Positions 27,896 through 37,503 of a stretch of DNA of 64,000 nucleotides are shown one piece after another. Under the pieces are notes generated by a model. It was not told the origin of the DNA. It saw only the letters and a list, made by a program, of their open reading frames with translations, and made no database searches. A program made the position numbers and the translations under genes. The stretch covers positions 32,001 through 96,000 of IMG/VR virus record IMGVR_UViG_3300049020_000031; one strand, given 5' to 3'. Positions within the stretch are counted from its first letter, which is position 1. Each line of letters starts with the position of its first letter. The DNA is from a virus.

Positions 27896-28072
27896 TTAGT
27901 TCTTTTCGTTGCGGTCGCCGCGTTCCTTGCGAGCAGGAGCTTCGCTGCCTTGCAGCTCTGCTTGAATCATGGCGCGACGGAATTCACCACGGGCGTGAGC
28001 GTCCACGATGGTGGCGCACAGGCGCTTGGCTTGCTTGCTCAGACGAAAAGATTTGGTAGTTTTGCGATCCAT
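27896..28072 (-). CDS. small basic protein, 58 aa (absent from the ORF track)
   Basis: GGAG RBS; MDRKTTKSFRLSKQAKRLCATIVDAHARGEFRRAMIQAEL... Confidence 0.7.
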   Translation of the reverse strand: MDRKTTKSFRLSKQAKRLCATIVDAHARGEFRRAMIQAELQGSEAPARKERGDRNEKN

Positions 28073-28133
28073 TAAGTTCTCCGGTTAAAAAATGCATTGT
28101 AGCATGGCAAATCATCATGATGAATGAAGTTCA

Positions 28134-28745
28134 TCATTTTGTCAACATGTCACCCCATCTGAGCTTAAACAACACGAGATCATCAGGGTCTTGACACATC
28201 ATGTGAACCAAGCATGGGTTTGAATTGTGAACCCTGGTTCTGAACTTGCCAGCAAAATTGTCAGTACACCACCGATTGATTTCTTCTTCAAATTTCCTAG
28301 GATCATCGTTCTCAGAAACTTTCACGAATGGAAACGGACGTTGCCCTCTCTTTTGAATCCAGTCCTGAAACATCTGCCAATCCGTTGAATTCAGAAACGA
28401 CATACTCCAATCTTCACCACCAGTTCGTCTTGCGAAACAAAGGTCTTCACAGTTGTCTTCGATCCATTGACTGATCTCTCTTTGATGCCAGAAGCAATTG
28501 TGAATCAACCAACTATGCACCTGTGAGGTGTATAAGGGGGAGTTGGAATTTGCATACCAGGAAACATAGGTAGTCAATGGATCATATATCAGTTCGCTAT
28601 TGAATCTAGTTTGCTCAACTGAAATGTGACCAGCGTCTTGGGTAGTATAAACACCCGGTCGGGTGAATTCTGCCACCGCTCCGCCTGACCTAATACACGA
28701 GCCGGAGAAGTAGATTGTCTCTGGCACTAGGATGAATTTATTCAT
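28134..28745 (-). CDS. FKL-motif family protein with two domain copies
   Basis: SFLNSTDWQMFQDW and CQDPDDLVLFKLRWG. Confidence 0.7.
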   Translation of the reverse strand: MNKFILVPETIYFSGSCIRSGGAVAEFTRPGVYTTQDAGHISVEQTRFNSELIYDPLTTYVSWYANSNSPLYTSQVHSWLIHNCFWHQREISQWIEDNCEDLCFARRTGGEDWSMSFLNSTDWQMFQDWIQKRGQRPFPFVKVSENDDPRKFEEEINRWCTDNFAGKFRTRVHNSNPCLVHMMCQDPDDLVLFKLRWGDMLTK

Positions 28746-29317
28746 TTCTTGAATGTGAAATTCTTCACAAGGTTTACTGTTTCATTAGACAACAATACTT
28801 CAAAGTGATTGAGTGGTATCGCTACCTTTTCACCATATTGCAAAGCTGTCTGACTCTTGAGTGACACCACACCATCATTTTTCTCAAACATCATGGGGTT
28901 GTTGCCAACTGTCGTGATGATACTCTTTAGATCACATTCAAGAGGTTTCCTAGATATCGCAGTCAATATAGGATTGTTTGAAGCCAGACTGCGATATAGT
29001 TCATGCGTGTTGAACCATCTAAGAGTATTGGCCAACCGGCTTCCACCAAAAGGTGTACTCATAGTCAGGACAGATTTCACTCGATCGTTGATGTGCGCCA
29101 CGCCAACACCCACAATGCCGCCAAGACTGTGAGATACGATGTGAACATCGCTATCAAGTTCTATGATAAGATCGTTGACTGCATCAATGATGTCTCCGAG
29201 TGATTGCTTGACATCATATTGTGGGGTGATCATTTCGTGTTTGGGTAAGGCTTCCATAATTCTCTGGAAGCTGACTCCCGAACTGAACGCCCCATGGATG
29301 TAAACAACTTTCTTCAT
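28742..29317 (-). CDS. alpha/beta hydrolase
   Basis: YIHG, SHSLGG nucleophile elbow, STPFGGS, NDGVV, LNH. Confidence 0.85.
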   Translation of the reverse strand: MKKVVYIHGAFSSGVSFQRIMEALPKHEMITPQYDVKQSLGDIIDAVNDLIIELDSDVHIVSHSLGGIVGVGVAHINDRVKSVLTMSTPFGGSRLANTLRWFNTHELYRSLASNNPILTAISRKPLECDLKSIITTVGNNPMMFEKNDGVVSLKSQTALQYGEKVAIPLNHFEVLLSNETVNLVKNFTFKK

Positions 29318-30552
29318 AGGTCCTTCTTGATAATTACGCCATTCTTGGTGGTCAGTTCAAATTCCAATTTGAAAAAGTGGTCAGTATCTGATGAGTCAAC
29401 GCATACTCCATATCGATGTGCGGTTGGAATTTCTCTCACGATTCCCTGACTCAACAAGCTGTCCTCAATTGGCGTCATAGACAGATCTTTGCTGGTCACA
29501 TAACCTCGATTATGAATATATCGACTAGTGCCATTTATGGAATAGCTGAAATTAGCCAAACTAACATGATGCGCCTGGTTTGCCAGTGGCGCGGGATCTA
29601 GATGATTGGTTTTGATTGGAGCTGGGCTTCTGTAGAGAATTTGATGATGCGTTTCACTCCAGATATTCTTACCATTGATGTCATTCTTCAAGTCATCGTA
29701 ATCAAGAGCTATTTCCGCCACTTTGGTGGTCACTTCTTCAGAAGCAATAAAAGCCAGAACTCGTTCACGATAATTTCGCATCCCCTGCAGACGACATTTG
29801 TCAGTAGAGGTTGAGATCAACAATTCAACATCTCGCAGAGTCATCTTCTCTGTGGTTGGTTCCAGGATATCAGATACTTTGAAACTCGAAATACCCTGGA
29901 AAAATGTTTCACCATTATCACTGGTGATTTTCAATACATGGACTTTCTTCTCAACTACTCTGGGTTGCCAGGAGTTACTACTAGAAGACAGACTGGTAGA
30001 GAAGATTACGGGGTGGAGATACCCCATATAGATACCAACTAGAGCTTTATCGGTTTGAACCTTATCACCAATATTAAGGGTTCTAGTGGATACCTTGGTG
30101 GTAACGCGGCGTGTGTTTTCTTTCGCTTCCTTGTATGGTTCGCTGTTTACTGGCAACAACACATTGAACGAACCATCTCGAGCCCAAACACATTCTTGGA
30201 GAATCTCACCATTTTGGATTAGCGCGTTATCGGTCAACATTACCAAATTGGTCATCGTGATTTCGATTTCGAATCCACGAGGATCTTCCATCATAATCGA
30301 GGTAATTACGTTCTTCCAACCAGCGTGTCGCTGGGCTCTGCTTACCTTGAAACCAGAGATGGGCTTGTTCTCCAGAATCACCCGGCTCTTTTCTCTTCCC
30401 CAATGATCAACATTGGCCATTCTTTTCCTACCTGCGGCATTATCTTCATACGGAATCATATACCCATGAGCCACACTACCTTTACGTGACTGCACACCCA
30501 GGTACAACTTATCAAAGATTCGAATTGAGAGATTATCTTGTTTGGTAGTCAT
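29314..30552 (-). CDS. 'EDPRGFE' paralog 1, function unknown
   Basis: shares its N-terminal ~150 aa with 33581-34750 and 35589-36872. Confidence 0.8.
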   Translation of the reverse strand: MTTKQDNLSIRIFDKLYLGVQSRKGSVAHGYMIPYEDNAAGRKRMANVDHWGREKSRVILENKPISGFKVSRAQRHAGWKNVITSIMMEDPRGFEIEITMTNLVMLTDNALIQNGEILQECVWARDGSFNVLLPVNSEPYKEAKENTRRVTTKVSTRTLNIGDKVQTDKALVGIYMGYLHPVIFSTSLSSSSNSWQPRVVEKKVHVLKITSDNGETFFQGISSFKVSDILEPTTEKMTLRDVELLISTSTDKCRLQGMRNYRERVLAFIASEEVTTKVAEIALDYDDLKNDINGKNIWSETHHQILYRSPAPIKTNHLDPAPLANQAHHVSLANFSYSINGTSRYIHNRGYVTSKDLSMTPIEDSLLSQGIVREIPTAHRYGVCVDSSDTDHFFKLEFELTTKNGVIIKKDL

Positions 30553-30558
30553 GATGTA

Positions 30559-30804
30559 TTAGCTGATTAGTGAGAGGAGCATTGAATATGCGGCTTCTTG
30601 TTCTGCGAGTTCTTCTTTGTATTTTTCATCAATTGCAATACAAGCTGCCACCTTCTCGGCGTTGATCTTGGCTCTGATGTCACTCATATCGTTGAATGCT
30701 TCTGCAAATTCTTCTCTCGTGGAGATCAATTCTGGTTCGGAAAGGTCGGATGAACTAATGGCACCAGCAGTTCGAGCAGACTTCAGATAATTCTTTTCAC
30801 TCAT
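30559..30804 (-). CDS. small coiled-coil partner, paralog A
   Basis: similar to 34760-34996. Confidence 0.7.
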   Translation of the reverse strand: MSEKNYLKSARTAGAISSSDLSEPELISTREEFAEAFNDMSDIRAKINAEKVAACIAIDEKYKEELAEQEAAYSMLLSLIS

Positions 30805-30930
30805 TGTTGTTCTTATAAAATGGAATGGCAATATGGAAGTCATGATACTAATGGCAAAACATATTTGCAAAATAGGTTTACTTTTTATTCAAATGAACAT
30901 ATAATGGAGTTAATGAAACACGGAGCTAAC

Positions 30931-32097
30931 ATGCACACTACGATTCTCAATCAGGACCTCATGACGTTGCGACAAGCCTTTCTGGATGCTGGTCGGGACA
31001 TCCGTTTGGTTGGTGGTGTAGTTCGTGACCTTATCATGGGGCAAACACCCAAGGACATCGACCTTTGCACTGATGCAACTCCAGACGAACAGCATGCGAT
31101 CTACATGAATGCTGGTTTGCAGTACGTTGACACTGGCATTGATCACGGCACTATCACGGTGGTGATGAATGGTGAAGGTTACGAAATCACCAGCTTGCGC
31201 ACTGAAAGCCAACATGATGGCCGTCATGCTGTGGTGGCGTTTACTCGTGATTGGACGGAAGACTTGAGTCGTCGTGACCTCACAATCAATGCAATTTCAA
31301 TGACGTTTGATGGTGAAATCCATGATCCTTTTGGTGGTGTCCAGGATATCGAGAACAATGTTGTTCGATTCGTGGGTAATCCACAGGAACGTATGACCGA
31401 AGACTACTTGCGCATCATGCGTTACTTCCGATTCCTTGGTCGTATGGCCGGTGAACGTGATGAAGACTATGACCGCTATCTTGATATCAAGATCGATCCA
31501 GTGACTGTTAATGCAATCTACCAGTGTGTTGATGGATTGGCCGGAGTCAGTGCTGAGCGTATCTGGGTGGAATTGAAGAAGATCGTTGCTCACCCATCAG
31601 CATTTGTTGTTTTGACACACATGAAGCGTTTGGGAGTGTTTTCTCCTGCTCGTATCCCATACAGCTTGGACCCCGATGAAGTTCATGATGCTGGTGTGGG
31701 TGTTGGCATCAACGACCCAATCGTGATCTTGGCTTCATGCTTGGATAAGAGCGCGGTACGTAAAATCAGCACGGACTTGAAGTGGAGTTCCGAAGAAGTG
31801 AAGTGGGCTTTGGAATTCCAACGCATGCGGGAACACACTGCGGAAGACTTGTTCCGCGAAGTCATCCTGAATGGTACTCGGACGGATCATGCTTCGAAGG
31901 TGGCTCGCTTGAATGGATACCACTATGTCGCGACGTTGTTGACACAACCATTGCCCGTATGCCCGGTCAATGGGGCGACGTTGGCAGCTCGTGGTATGAA
32001 GCCTGGTCCAGAGATGGGCAAGGCCTTGCGAGATGTCAAGGTTCGTTGGTATGAATCAGGATGCTCGATGACTGCTGAGGACTTGATGAATGGTTGA
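30931..32097 (+). CDS. cca: class II tRNA nucleotidyltransferase (CCA-adding enzyme)
   Basis: LVGGVVRD, DIDL, DLSRRDLTINA, DPFGG, EDYLRIMRYFRF, ERIWVEL. Confidence 0.9.
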   Translation: MHTTILNQDLMTLRQAFLDAGRDIRLVGGVVRDLIMGQTPKDIDLCTDATPDEQHAIYMNAGLQYVDTGIDHGTITVVMNGEGYEITSLRTESQHDGRHAVVAFTRDWTEDLSRRDLTINAISMTFDGEIHDPFGGVQDIENNVVRFVGNPQERMTEDYLRIMRYFRFLGRMAGERDEDYDRYLDIKIDPVTVNAIYQCVDGLAGVSAERIWVELKKIVAHPSAFVVLTHMKRLGVFSPARIPYSLDPDEVHDAGVGVGINDPIVILASCLDKSAVRKISTDLKWSSEEVKWALEFQRMREHTAEDLFREVILNGTRTDHASKVARLNGYHYVATLLTQPLPVCPVNGATLAARGMKPGPEMGKALRDVKVRWYESGCSMTAEDLMNG

Positions 32098-32404
32098 ATT
32101 CAGCACCGCAATAAAAAGCAGGCTATGGAACTATCTACATACCAAACAGGACATAAAAATCCTGTTTGGTATTCTGAAAGAACCGGCACTCATGATGCGC
32201 GGATCAGAGACCAACATTGATGTATACAATGCTGCTTTCTTGGATTTGATCAACGCCGCAGTGGAAATGGTTTATCAAGACTTCAATATACGACTTGAAG
32301 TCATGCCATTGGACTTCAAATGGAAACCGTTTGATGTCGCGGCCGCTTCAGAAGAAGACATGGTAACCCTTATTTTGATATTTTCTGGGCGGGATTATGA
32401 ATGA
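32090..32404 (+). CDS. hypothetical protein, divergent FKL-like
   Basis: AASEEDMVTLILIF. Confidence 0.5.
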   Translation: MVEFSTAIKSRLWNYLHTKQDIKILFGILKEPALMMRGSETNIDVYNAAFLDLINAAVEMVYQDFNIRLEVMPLDFKWKPFDVAAASEEDMVTLILIFSGRDYE

Positions 32405-32690
32405 AAACACCGAGCCCGTTTGTCCGTTGTGCGGAAGAGTATTAGGTGACGTCAACATCGATCGTCACCACCTTATCCCGAAGTCCCAGAAGGGAAAGGA
32501 TCAATATCCGATTCATAAGATATGTCATCGGAAGATTCATGCCACCTTCAGTGAGAAGGTATTGGCTAGGAATCTAAACACCTGGGAGGCTCTTAGGGCT
32601 GAGCCAGAGATTCAAGTATTTGTGAATTGGGTCCAGAGAAAGGATCCTGGGTATTACATCAGCACATCAAATAGCAATAGGAAACGGTAA
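32397..32690 (+). CDS. small HNH-family protein
   Basis: CPLCGR...HHLIPK...HKICHRKIH. Confidence 0.8.
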   Translation: MNENTEPVCPLCGRVLGDVNIDRHHLIPKSQKGKDQYPIHKICHRKIHATFSEKVLARNLNTWEALRAEPEIQVFVNWVQRKDPGYYISTSNSNRKR

Positions 32691-32990
32691 GTCGTTGACT
32701 ATCCCAATGTCATCACATTTCTGAAACCAAACAGGCACCTTGAGGGGGTGCCAGATGAACGTTACATCTTCCAGCAGTAGACGAAGATGCGAATGCATTC
32801 CTTCATCCTCTGATCGCAACTTCAGAGTTGACTCACCGTATATGTCATGAGTGTGATCAATATAATGCTCCCAGTATGCCGGGAGTTGAATCAGAATCGA
32901 TTCAGCCCAGTTTTCAAAGGAGCGTCTATGATAACCAAAACTCCGGAGCGCACTTGGATTAGGAGTGATGGTTGCATAGAACTTTTTCAT
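32667..32990 (-). CDS. hypothetical protein
   Basis: operon ORF. Confidence 0.5.
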   Translation of the reverse strand: MKKFYATITPNPSALRSFGYHRRSFENWAESILIQLPAYWEHYIDHTHDIYGESTLKLRSEDEGMHSHLRLLLEDVTFIWHPLKVPVWFQKCDDIGIVNDLPFPIAI

Positions 32991-33241
32991 CAGAATTGAA
33001 CCCTACCGTCCGTGTACTCAATCGTTTCGGTAATCTTGATTGAATCCACTTTGGCAATGATCGCTTCGGTCTTCGTGTATTTGAAGTAGATGATGAATTC
33101 ACCAGGGTTGCTTGGACTACGTTGGACTGTGCAGGCTTTGCCCGCCTTGTAATCGACCGTGGTGCCCTTACCAACCACCTTGGCGGTGATTGCAATCAGG
33201 GTCTTTGCCTTGCGTGGGAGTTCGTAGCTCATAGTAATCAA
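32990..33241 (-). CDS. hypothetical protein
   Basis: operon ORF. Confidence 0.55.
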   Translation of the reverse strand: MITMSYELPRKAKTLIAITAKVVGKGTTVDYKAGKACTVQRSPSNPGEFIIYFKYTKTEAIIAKVDSIKITETIEYTDGRVQF

Positions 33242-33510
33242 CCGATAAAGCGATCAAATGCGAGGATTTCCAGGTCAGTTACTGGATTCGTTTTCTTGAA
33301 AACATCAAAGAATTTGCGCATCGCAGCACGTTGTACGTCGTTGATGTTTTTCAGATAAGCTTCTGCCTTGGCCGGGGCTGTGTTGTATTCAATTGCAGCA
33401 AAAATCGCAGTCTTGGCAACAATGCGAGCTTCCTGTTCAGTCAGACTAGCACACACTGCTTCATGACGCTTGATGAATTGTTCTACAGTGAGGATTTGAT
33501 AAGTTGCCAT
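33238..33510 (-). CDS. hypothetical early protein
   Basis: AAGGAG RBS; promoter at ~33537-33567. Confidence 0.65.
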   Translation of the reverse strand: MATYQILTVEQFIKRHEAVCASLTEQEARIVAKTAIFAAIEYNTAPAKAEAYLKNINDVQRAAMRKFFDVFKKTNPVTDLEILAFDRFIG

Positions 33511-33580
33511 GTTCTACTCCTTGCTACGATGCATCAAGTATAACATCATTTGGTGAAATGTAGGCAACTTTCTCAAATAT

Positions 33581-34750
33581 TTAAATCACCAAGGTGAACT
33601 CAACTCCGGTATGACTCGTGAATTTTTCTTTCTCGATGCGGAAAAAGTCAACATCTTCTGGTTTTGCCAATCCAACGTCAGAGTGAGTATATGTCCGAAT
33701 ATCATATTTCTGCGTGATTGCGATGGCTCCGGGTGGATTTTGGGTATAATTTCTAACCGCATCGTAATGATACGCGCGGTCAGCAAACTGGGTTCGACCA
33801 GTATAACCAGTCACACCTTTGAGAGTTGCCTCGATGAGGAAGTCTCGATAATGATCTGAATCCTGTGATTGTTCAATCAAGGCTTTCAAATCCGAGACTG
33901 TAATGTTTTCCCGGTTTTTGCCACCCCATACAATCTTCTTGCTGGAGGACACCAAGGAAACAGAACACCCAAAATCGTAAGATGAATAGTGGCTACAGCA
34001 GAACGGATCCAAGAGCAGATCCCTTGCTACCATCTCGTCGAGTTCAAGATCCGTTAGATCTTGAGCCACCTTATCGATGACTTTTACCACCTTTGCATTC
34101 GAGAATATCTCGTATCTGATTTTGTCTTTTTCTTCAATCCGAACCACTTGTTTGCGCGGACCAACAGTAGCCACTCTATCTTTATACATGATGGGCGCCA
34201 TAGTTCCCAGCCAGATACCGTATTGACCGGATGCCAGTCGGACGCGGTCACCCTTCTTCAGGGTTTTCATGTCGACCTTCTCGTCGTCATCTGGCATCTC
34301 CACCGCATTGGCGAAAGGTTCACTGTTCGTTGGGATTAGAATGTTCCTCTGACCTTCACGACCCCAAACACATTCCTGCATAATTTCACCACGTTCGATG
34401 ATACAGATGCTGGATATCATCACGAGATTTTCTACCGTGATTTCAAGTTCAAATCCACGTGGATCTTCAATCCGGAAATAAGTTGCACCGCTTCCATTCC
34501 ATCCGGAACTTCTTTGTACCGATCGACCGATCTTGAAACCAATCATGGGCTTGTTGTCAATGGTAACCGAGTTGAAGGTTTTGGAATTCCCGTAATGGTT
34601 CCTAGCCCAATTATCAACAGTGGCGCGTCGTTTTACCCCGGCGTCATCTTCACCATAAGGAGTCATGAAACCAAGGGGAACTTCGTCTTCAGTACGACGA
34701 CCTTGAAAGCCCACATAGACTTTCTTCGAGATTTTGATTGCGTCTGCCAT
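33581..34750 (-). CDS. 'EDPRGFE' paralog 2
   Basis: VYVGFQGRR..DEVPLGFMTPY...IEDPRGFELEI...QECVWGREG. Confidence 0.8.
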   Translation of the reverse strand: MADAIKISKKVYVGFQGRRTEDEVPLGFMTPYGEDDAGVKRRATVDNWARNHYGNSKTFNSVTIDNKPMIGFKIGRSVQRSSGWNGSGATYFRIEDPRGFELEITVENLVMISSICIIERGEIMQECVWGREGQRNILIPTNSEPFANAVEMPDDDEKVDMKTLKKGDRVRLASGQYGIWLGTMAPIMYKDRVATVGPRKQVVRIEEKDKIRYEIFSNAKVVKVIDKVAQDLTDLELDEMVARDLLLDPFCCSHYSSYDFGCSVSLVSSSKKIVWGGKNRENITVSDLKALIEQSQDSDHYRDFLIEATLKGVTGYTGRTQFADRAYHYDAVRNYTQNPPGAIAITQKYDIRTYTHSDVGLAKPEDVDFFRIEKEKFTSHTGVEFTLVI

Positions 34751-34759
34751 GATTTCCCC

Positions 34760-34996
34760 TTATCGGCTCATGTGCATAACGAGCGCGTATGCATCTTCTG
34801 CGCTCTTCAACTCTTCCGCAAACTCAGCATCCACTTTGGCGGATGCTTCTTGCTTGGCAATAGCAATACGCTTCTTCAACGCTTGAATCTCCTCCCAGGA
34901 TTCACGGATGCCTGGTTGAGTTGCGTGGAGTTCTGCTTCACTGACATTGGAGTCATCAGTAAGGCTCTTCTCACGTGAGTTTTGCAAATAGCTCAT
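34760..34996 (-). CDS. small coiled-coil partner, paralog B
   Basis: MSYLQNSRE...EELKSAEDAYAL. Confidence 0.7.
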   Translation of the reverse strand: MSYLQNSREKSLTDDSNVSEAELHATQPGIRESWEEIQALKKRIAIAKQEASAKVDAEFAEELKSAEDAYALVMHMSR

Positions 34997-35007
34997 TGGG
35001 TAACTTT

Positions 35008-35544
35008 CTATTGGTTGGTTGAAGATTGTAGCAGACGCCACGCCAGAATTTCACAGGTAACATTTCCATCCAGATCGCGAAGGTATCCCACAGGGGCAAC
35101 GGTGGAATCAAAGCGCTCTGCGTTTACACATGCCAGATAACGATTGACTAGAGTCACATCCATTTCCTCAACTAGTTTGGCCGCAGCGATGAAGCGACGC
35201 GCCATGTTGTTGAACATGAAATATTCAGTATTGAACTGATTCTTTCCTTGATGAAAAGTAGCCATCGTCACAGGCCCAAACTCCAGATTGGTTCTCGCAG
35301 AAGCAAACCTGGATGCGGTAACGGCCGATATTTTGGATTCAGTTTCCCTAGCGTGCTGATAACGCTCGTTCCGTTGTTTGATCCAGAACTTCAGAACATG
35401 ATGCATGCCCCAGAGCTTCTTGATGCGTTCACGATGCAGTTCACGATTCTGCTTGATCTCCTTCGCCATGGAAACCACCACCTCTGGGTAATGATTTTCA
35501 TTAGCGAGTACCTTAGCTGCGATGATGCTGGCTTGATGTGGCAT
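35008..35544 (-). CDS. hypothetical protein
   Basis: AGGAG RBS; TATAAT upstream. Confidence 0.65.
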   Translation of the reverse strand: MPHQASIIAAKVLANENHYPEVVVSMAKEIKQNRELHRERIKKLWGMHHVLKFWIKQRNERYQHARETESKISAVTASRFASARTNLEFGPVTMATFHQGKNQFNTEYFMFNNMARRFIAAAKLVEEMDVTLVNRYLACVNAERFDSTVAPVGYLRDLDGNVTCEILAWRLLQSSTNQ

Positions 35545-35588
35545 GTTTTCTCCTGTTGAAGTTCATTATACAGAAGATTCACCTACCA

Positions 35589-36872
35589 TCAAGCTGGAAC
35601 TGTGAATTGATATCCATTGCCCAGTTTGACAATCATGTTGATCTTGAAGAATTCAACATTCTCATCAGGGAAGTGAGTTAGTTCGTTGGTAAATGTCAGT
35701 GGAAACTTATCAACGGTAGCTTTGGCACGACCCACAAAACCATCGGTATAGGTGTAAGGCTGGTTGTAATAGTGATATCCGCTGCCTCGATTACTTCCAA
35801 TGTAGCTTCTCTTTCCTTTATGGGTCGGACTTGTATTCCGACCTGAGCTACCAAAATTATAATCACCCACCGAAACCATCTCAACACCATCACGAATCAT
35901 CAAGATGAATGAACGATGACGCAGCTCGCAGGCATAATTGTAACTCGACCACGCCGCTTGTAGTTCAGTCAAAGTTACTGGAATTCGCTCCAGACTCTTG
36001 TCAATTGTCATCTTGGGATCGTACACCCAAGTAAAGATGTTCCCAACACCACCAGTTGAATGCATGGTGGTGAACTTACTAGACTTCTTATCGTCGTCAA
36101 TCATCTTGTAGACTTCGCCCTGCGTCAAGGGCTTTGCGGCTTTTTTCACAATCCGTTCGATCCGGATCGATGCTTCACCCATATAACTAATCGACTGGCC
36201 TTCTTCGTATCGGACGACGTATCGCTTTTTGTTAACAATCTGAATATCAATTTCAGCGGGGCAGTTGCTGACTGAATAATCATGCTCACTGGTTCTGGTT
36301 GCGAAATGCATACCACCCAGATACATACCTTCCTTACCTCCAAGGATTTTCACGACATCACCGATTTGCACATCCTTGAGGCTCACCTTGTTATTGATGA
36401 GTTCTTGAGTTTGCAGATATTCCTTATATGGTTCACTGTTGATTGGCAACAGGATGTTCCTTGCACCTTCACGACCCCACAAGCATTCTTGCATGAGCTC
36501 ACAATCTTCCATGATGTTGGCATTTAGCAACATCACCAAATTCTCCACCCCGATCTCCAGCTCAAAGCCTCGTGGGTCTTCAATTCGTACAACAGTCGAA
36601 GTTCCACCAAAACTACTTGACCGGCGAATGGCACGGCCAATCTTAAATCCCACCATTGGTTTGTTATCAATGATGATGGAATTGAACGCCTTGACATCGG
36701 TTTGATAATGGCTTGGTTTCGCCCAGTCATCCACGGTGGCTTGGCGTTTTTTACCAGCAGCCGTATCCTCATAAGGAGTCATGAAGCCGAGGGGAACTTC
36801 GTCTACTGTTCTTCGGCCCTGGAAGCCCACATAGACTTGCTGTGGAATCTTGATCGTAGAAAGCGTACTCAT
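35589..36872 (-). CDS. 'EDPRGFE' paralog 3
   Basis: VYVGFQGRRTVDEVPLGFMTPYED...IEDPRGFELEI. Confidence 0.8.
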   Translation of the reverse strand: MSTLSTIKIPQQVYVGFQGRRTVDEVPLGFMTPYEDTAAGKKRQATVDDWAKPSHYQTDVKAFNSIIIDNKPMVGFKIGRAIRRSSSFGGTSTVVRIEDPRGFELEIGVENLVMLLNANIMEDCELMQECLWGREGARNILLPINSEPYKEYLQTQELINNKVSLKDVQIGDVVKILGGKEGMYLGGMHFATRTSEHDYSVSNCPAEIDIQIVNKKRYVVRYEEGQSISYMGEASIRIERIVKKAAKPLTQGEVYKMIDDDKKSSKFTTMHSTGGVGNIFTWVYDPKMTIDKSLERIPVTLTELQAAWSSYNYACELRHRSFILMIRDGVEMVSVGDYNFGSSGRNTSPTHKGKRSYIGSNRGSGYHYYNQPYTYTDGFVGRAKATVDKFPLTFTNELTHFPDENVEFFKINMIVKLGNGYQFTVPA

Positions 36873-36916
36873 ACCAATCCTTGTAAAGTTCAGTGAATTA
36901 TAGCTTCTTTTGGTTG

Positions 36917-37258
36917 CTATTCGATCAGAACTTCTGGTTCTTTCTTACGAGCATAAGCCATAACATGGATGTAAACATGATTGGTATGAATGGAATGAGA
37001 CAATGAAATGTAAACATGATTGGCCTCATACTGTATATGATACTGATTTTCCTGTTTGGGATAGTATTCGGCTTCCTCGAGTTTCTTAGTGATATCTAAA
37101 CAGACGGTCTTGGTATCCTTTTGATTTACTTCGACCCGAATCCCATATCGATTCACTGAGTACTGTCGACCCAAGGGGTCGATACTCAGTTTTGCGTTTT
37201 TGCCATACAGTTGGTTGATGATGCAATACAGCCAGTAAACAGTTGCTTTGGGTTTCAT
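36917..37258 (-). CDS. hypothetical protein
   Basis: ATGA overlap with the upstream gene. Confidence 0.5.
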   Translation of the reverse strand: MKPKATVYWLYCIINQLYGKNAKLSIDPLGRQYSVNRYGIRVEVNQKDTKTVCLDITKKLEEAEYYPKQENQYHIQYEANHVYISLSHSIHTNHVYIHVMAYARKKEPEVLIE

Positions 37259-37503
37259 TCCACGACTCCAGAAAGTATTACCTGCATGATACACGCATCT
37301 GGCATATTGGTGCAGAATGATATGCCAAAGTTCATATCAACCATGAAATCATATATTTGGTATCCGGTTTTCTCCTTATACCAAGCCTCCAGGCTGGCGT
37401 TTCTGGGTCCATGATATTCTGGGTCTATGACCAGCAAGTTCTTACGATCCTCCCAATATTGATCGTATACCAATCTACAGAAATCATATGGAGCTCTCAC
37501 CAA
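37255..37503 (-). CDS. hypothetical protein
   Basis: operon ORF. Confidence 0.45.
   Translation of the reverse strand: MVRAPYDFCRLVYDQYWEDRKNLLVIDPEYHGPRNASLEAWYKEKTGYQIYDFMVDMNFGISFCTNMPDACIMQVILSGVVE

Noticed and set aside
29314-36872. Diversity-generating retroelement as the cause of the variable C-termini
   Set aside because: No reverse transcriptase and no near-identical TR/VR pair with adenine-specific mismatches was seen
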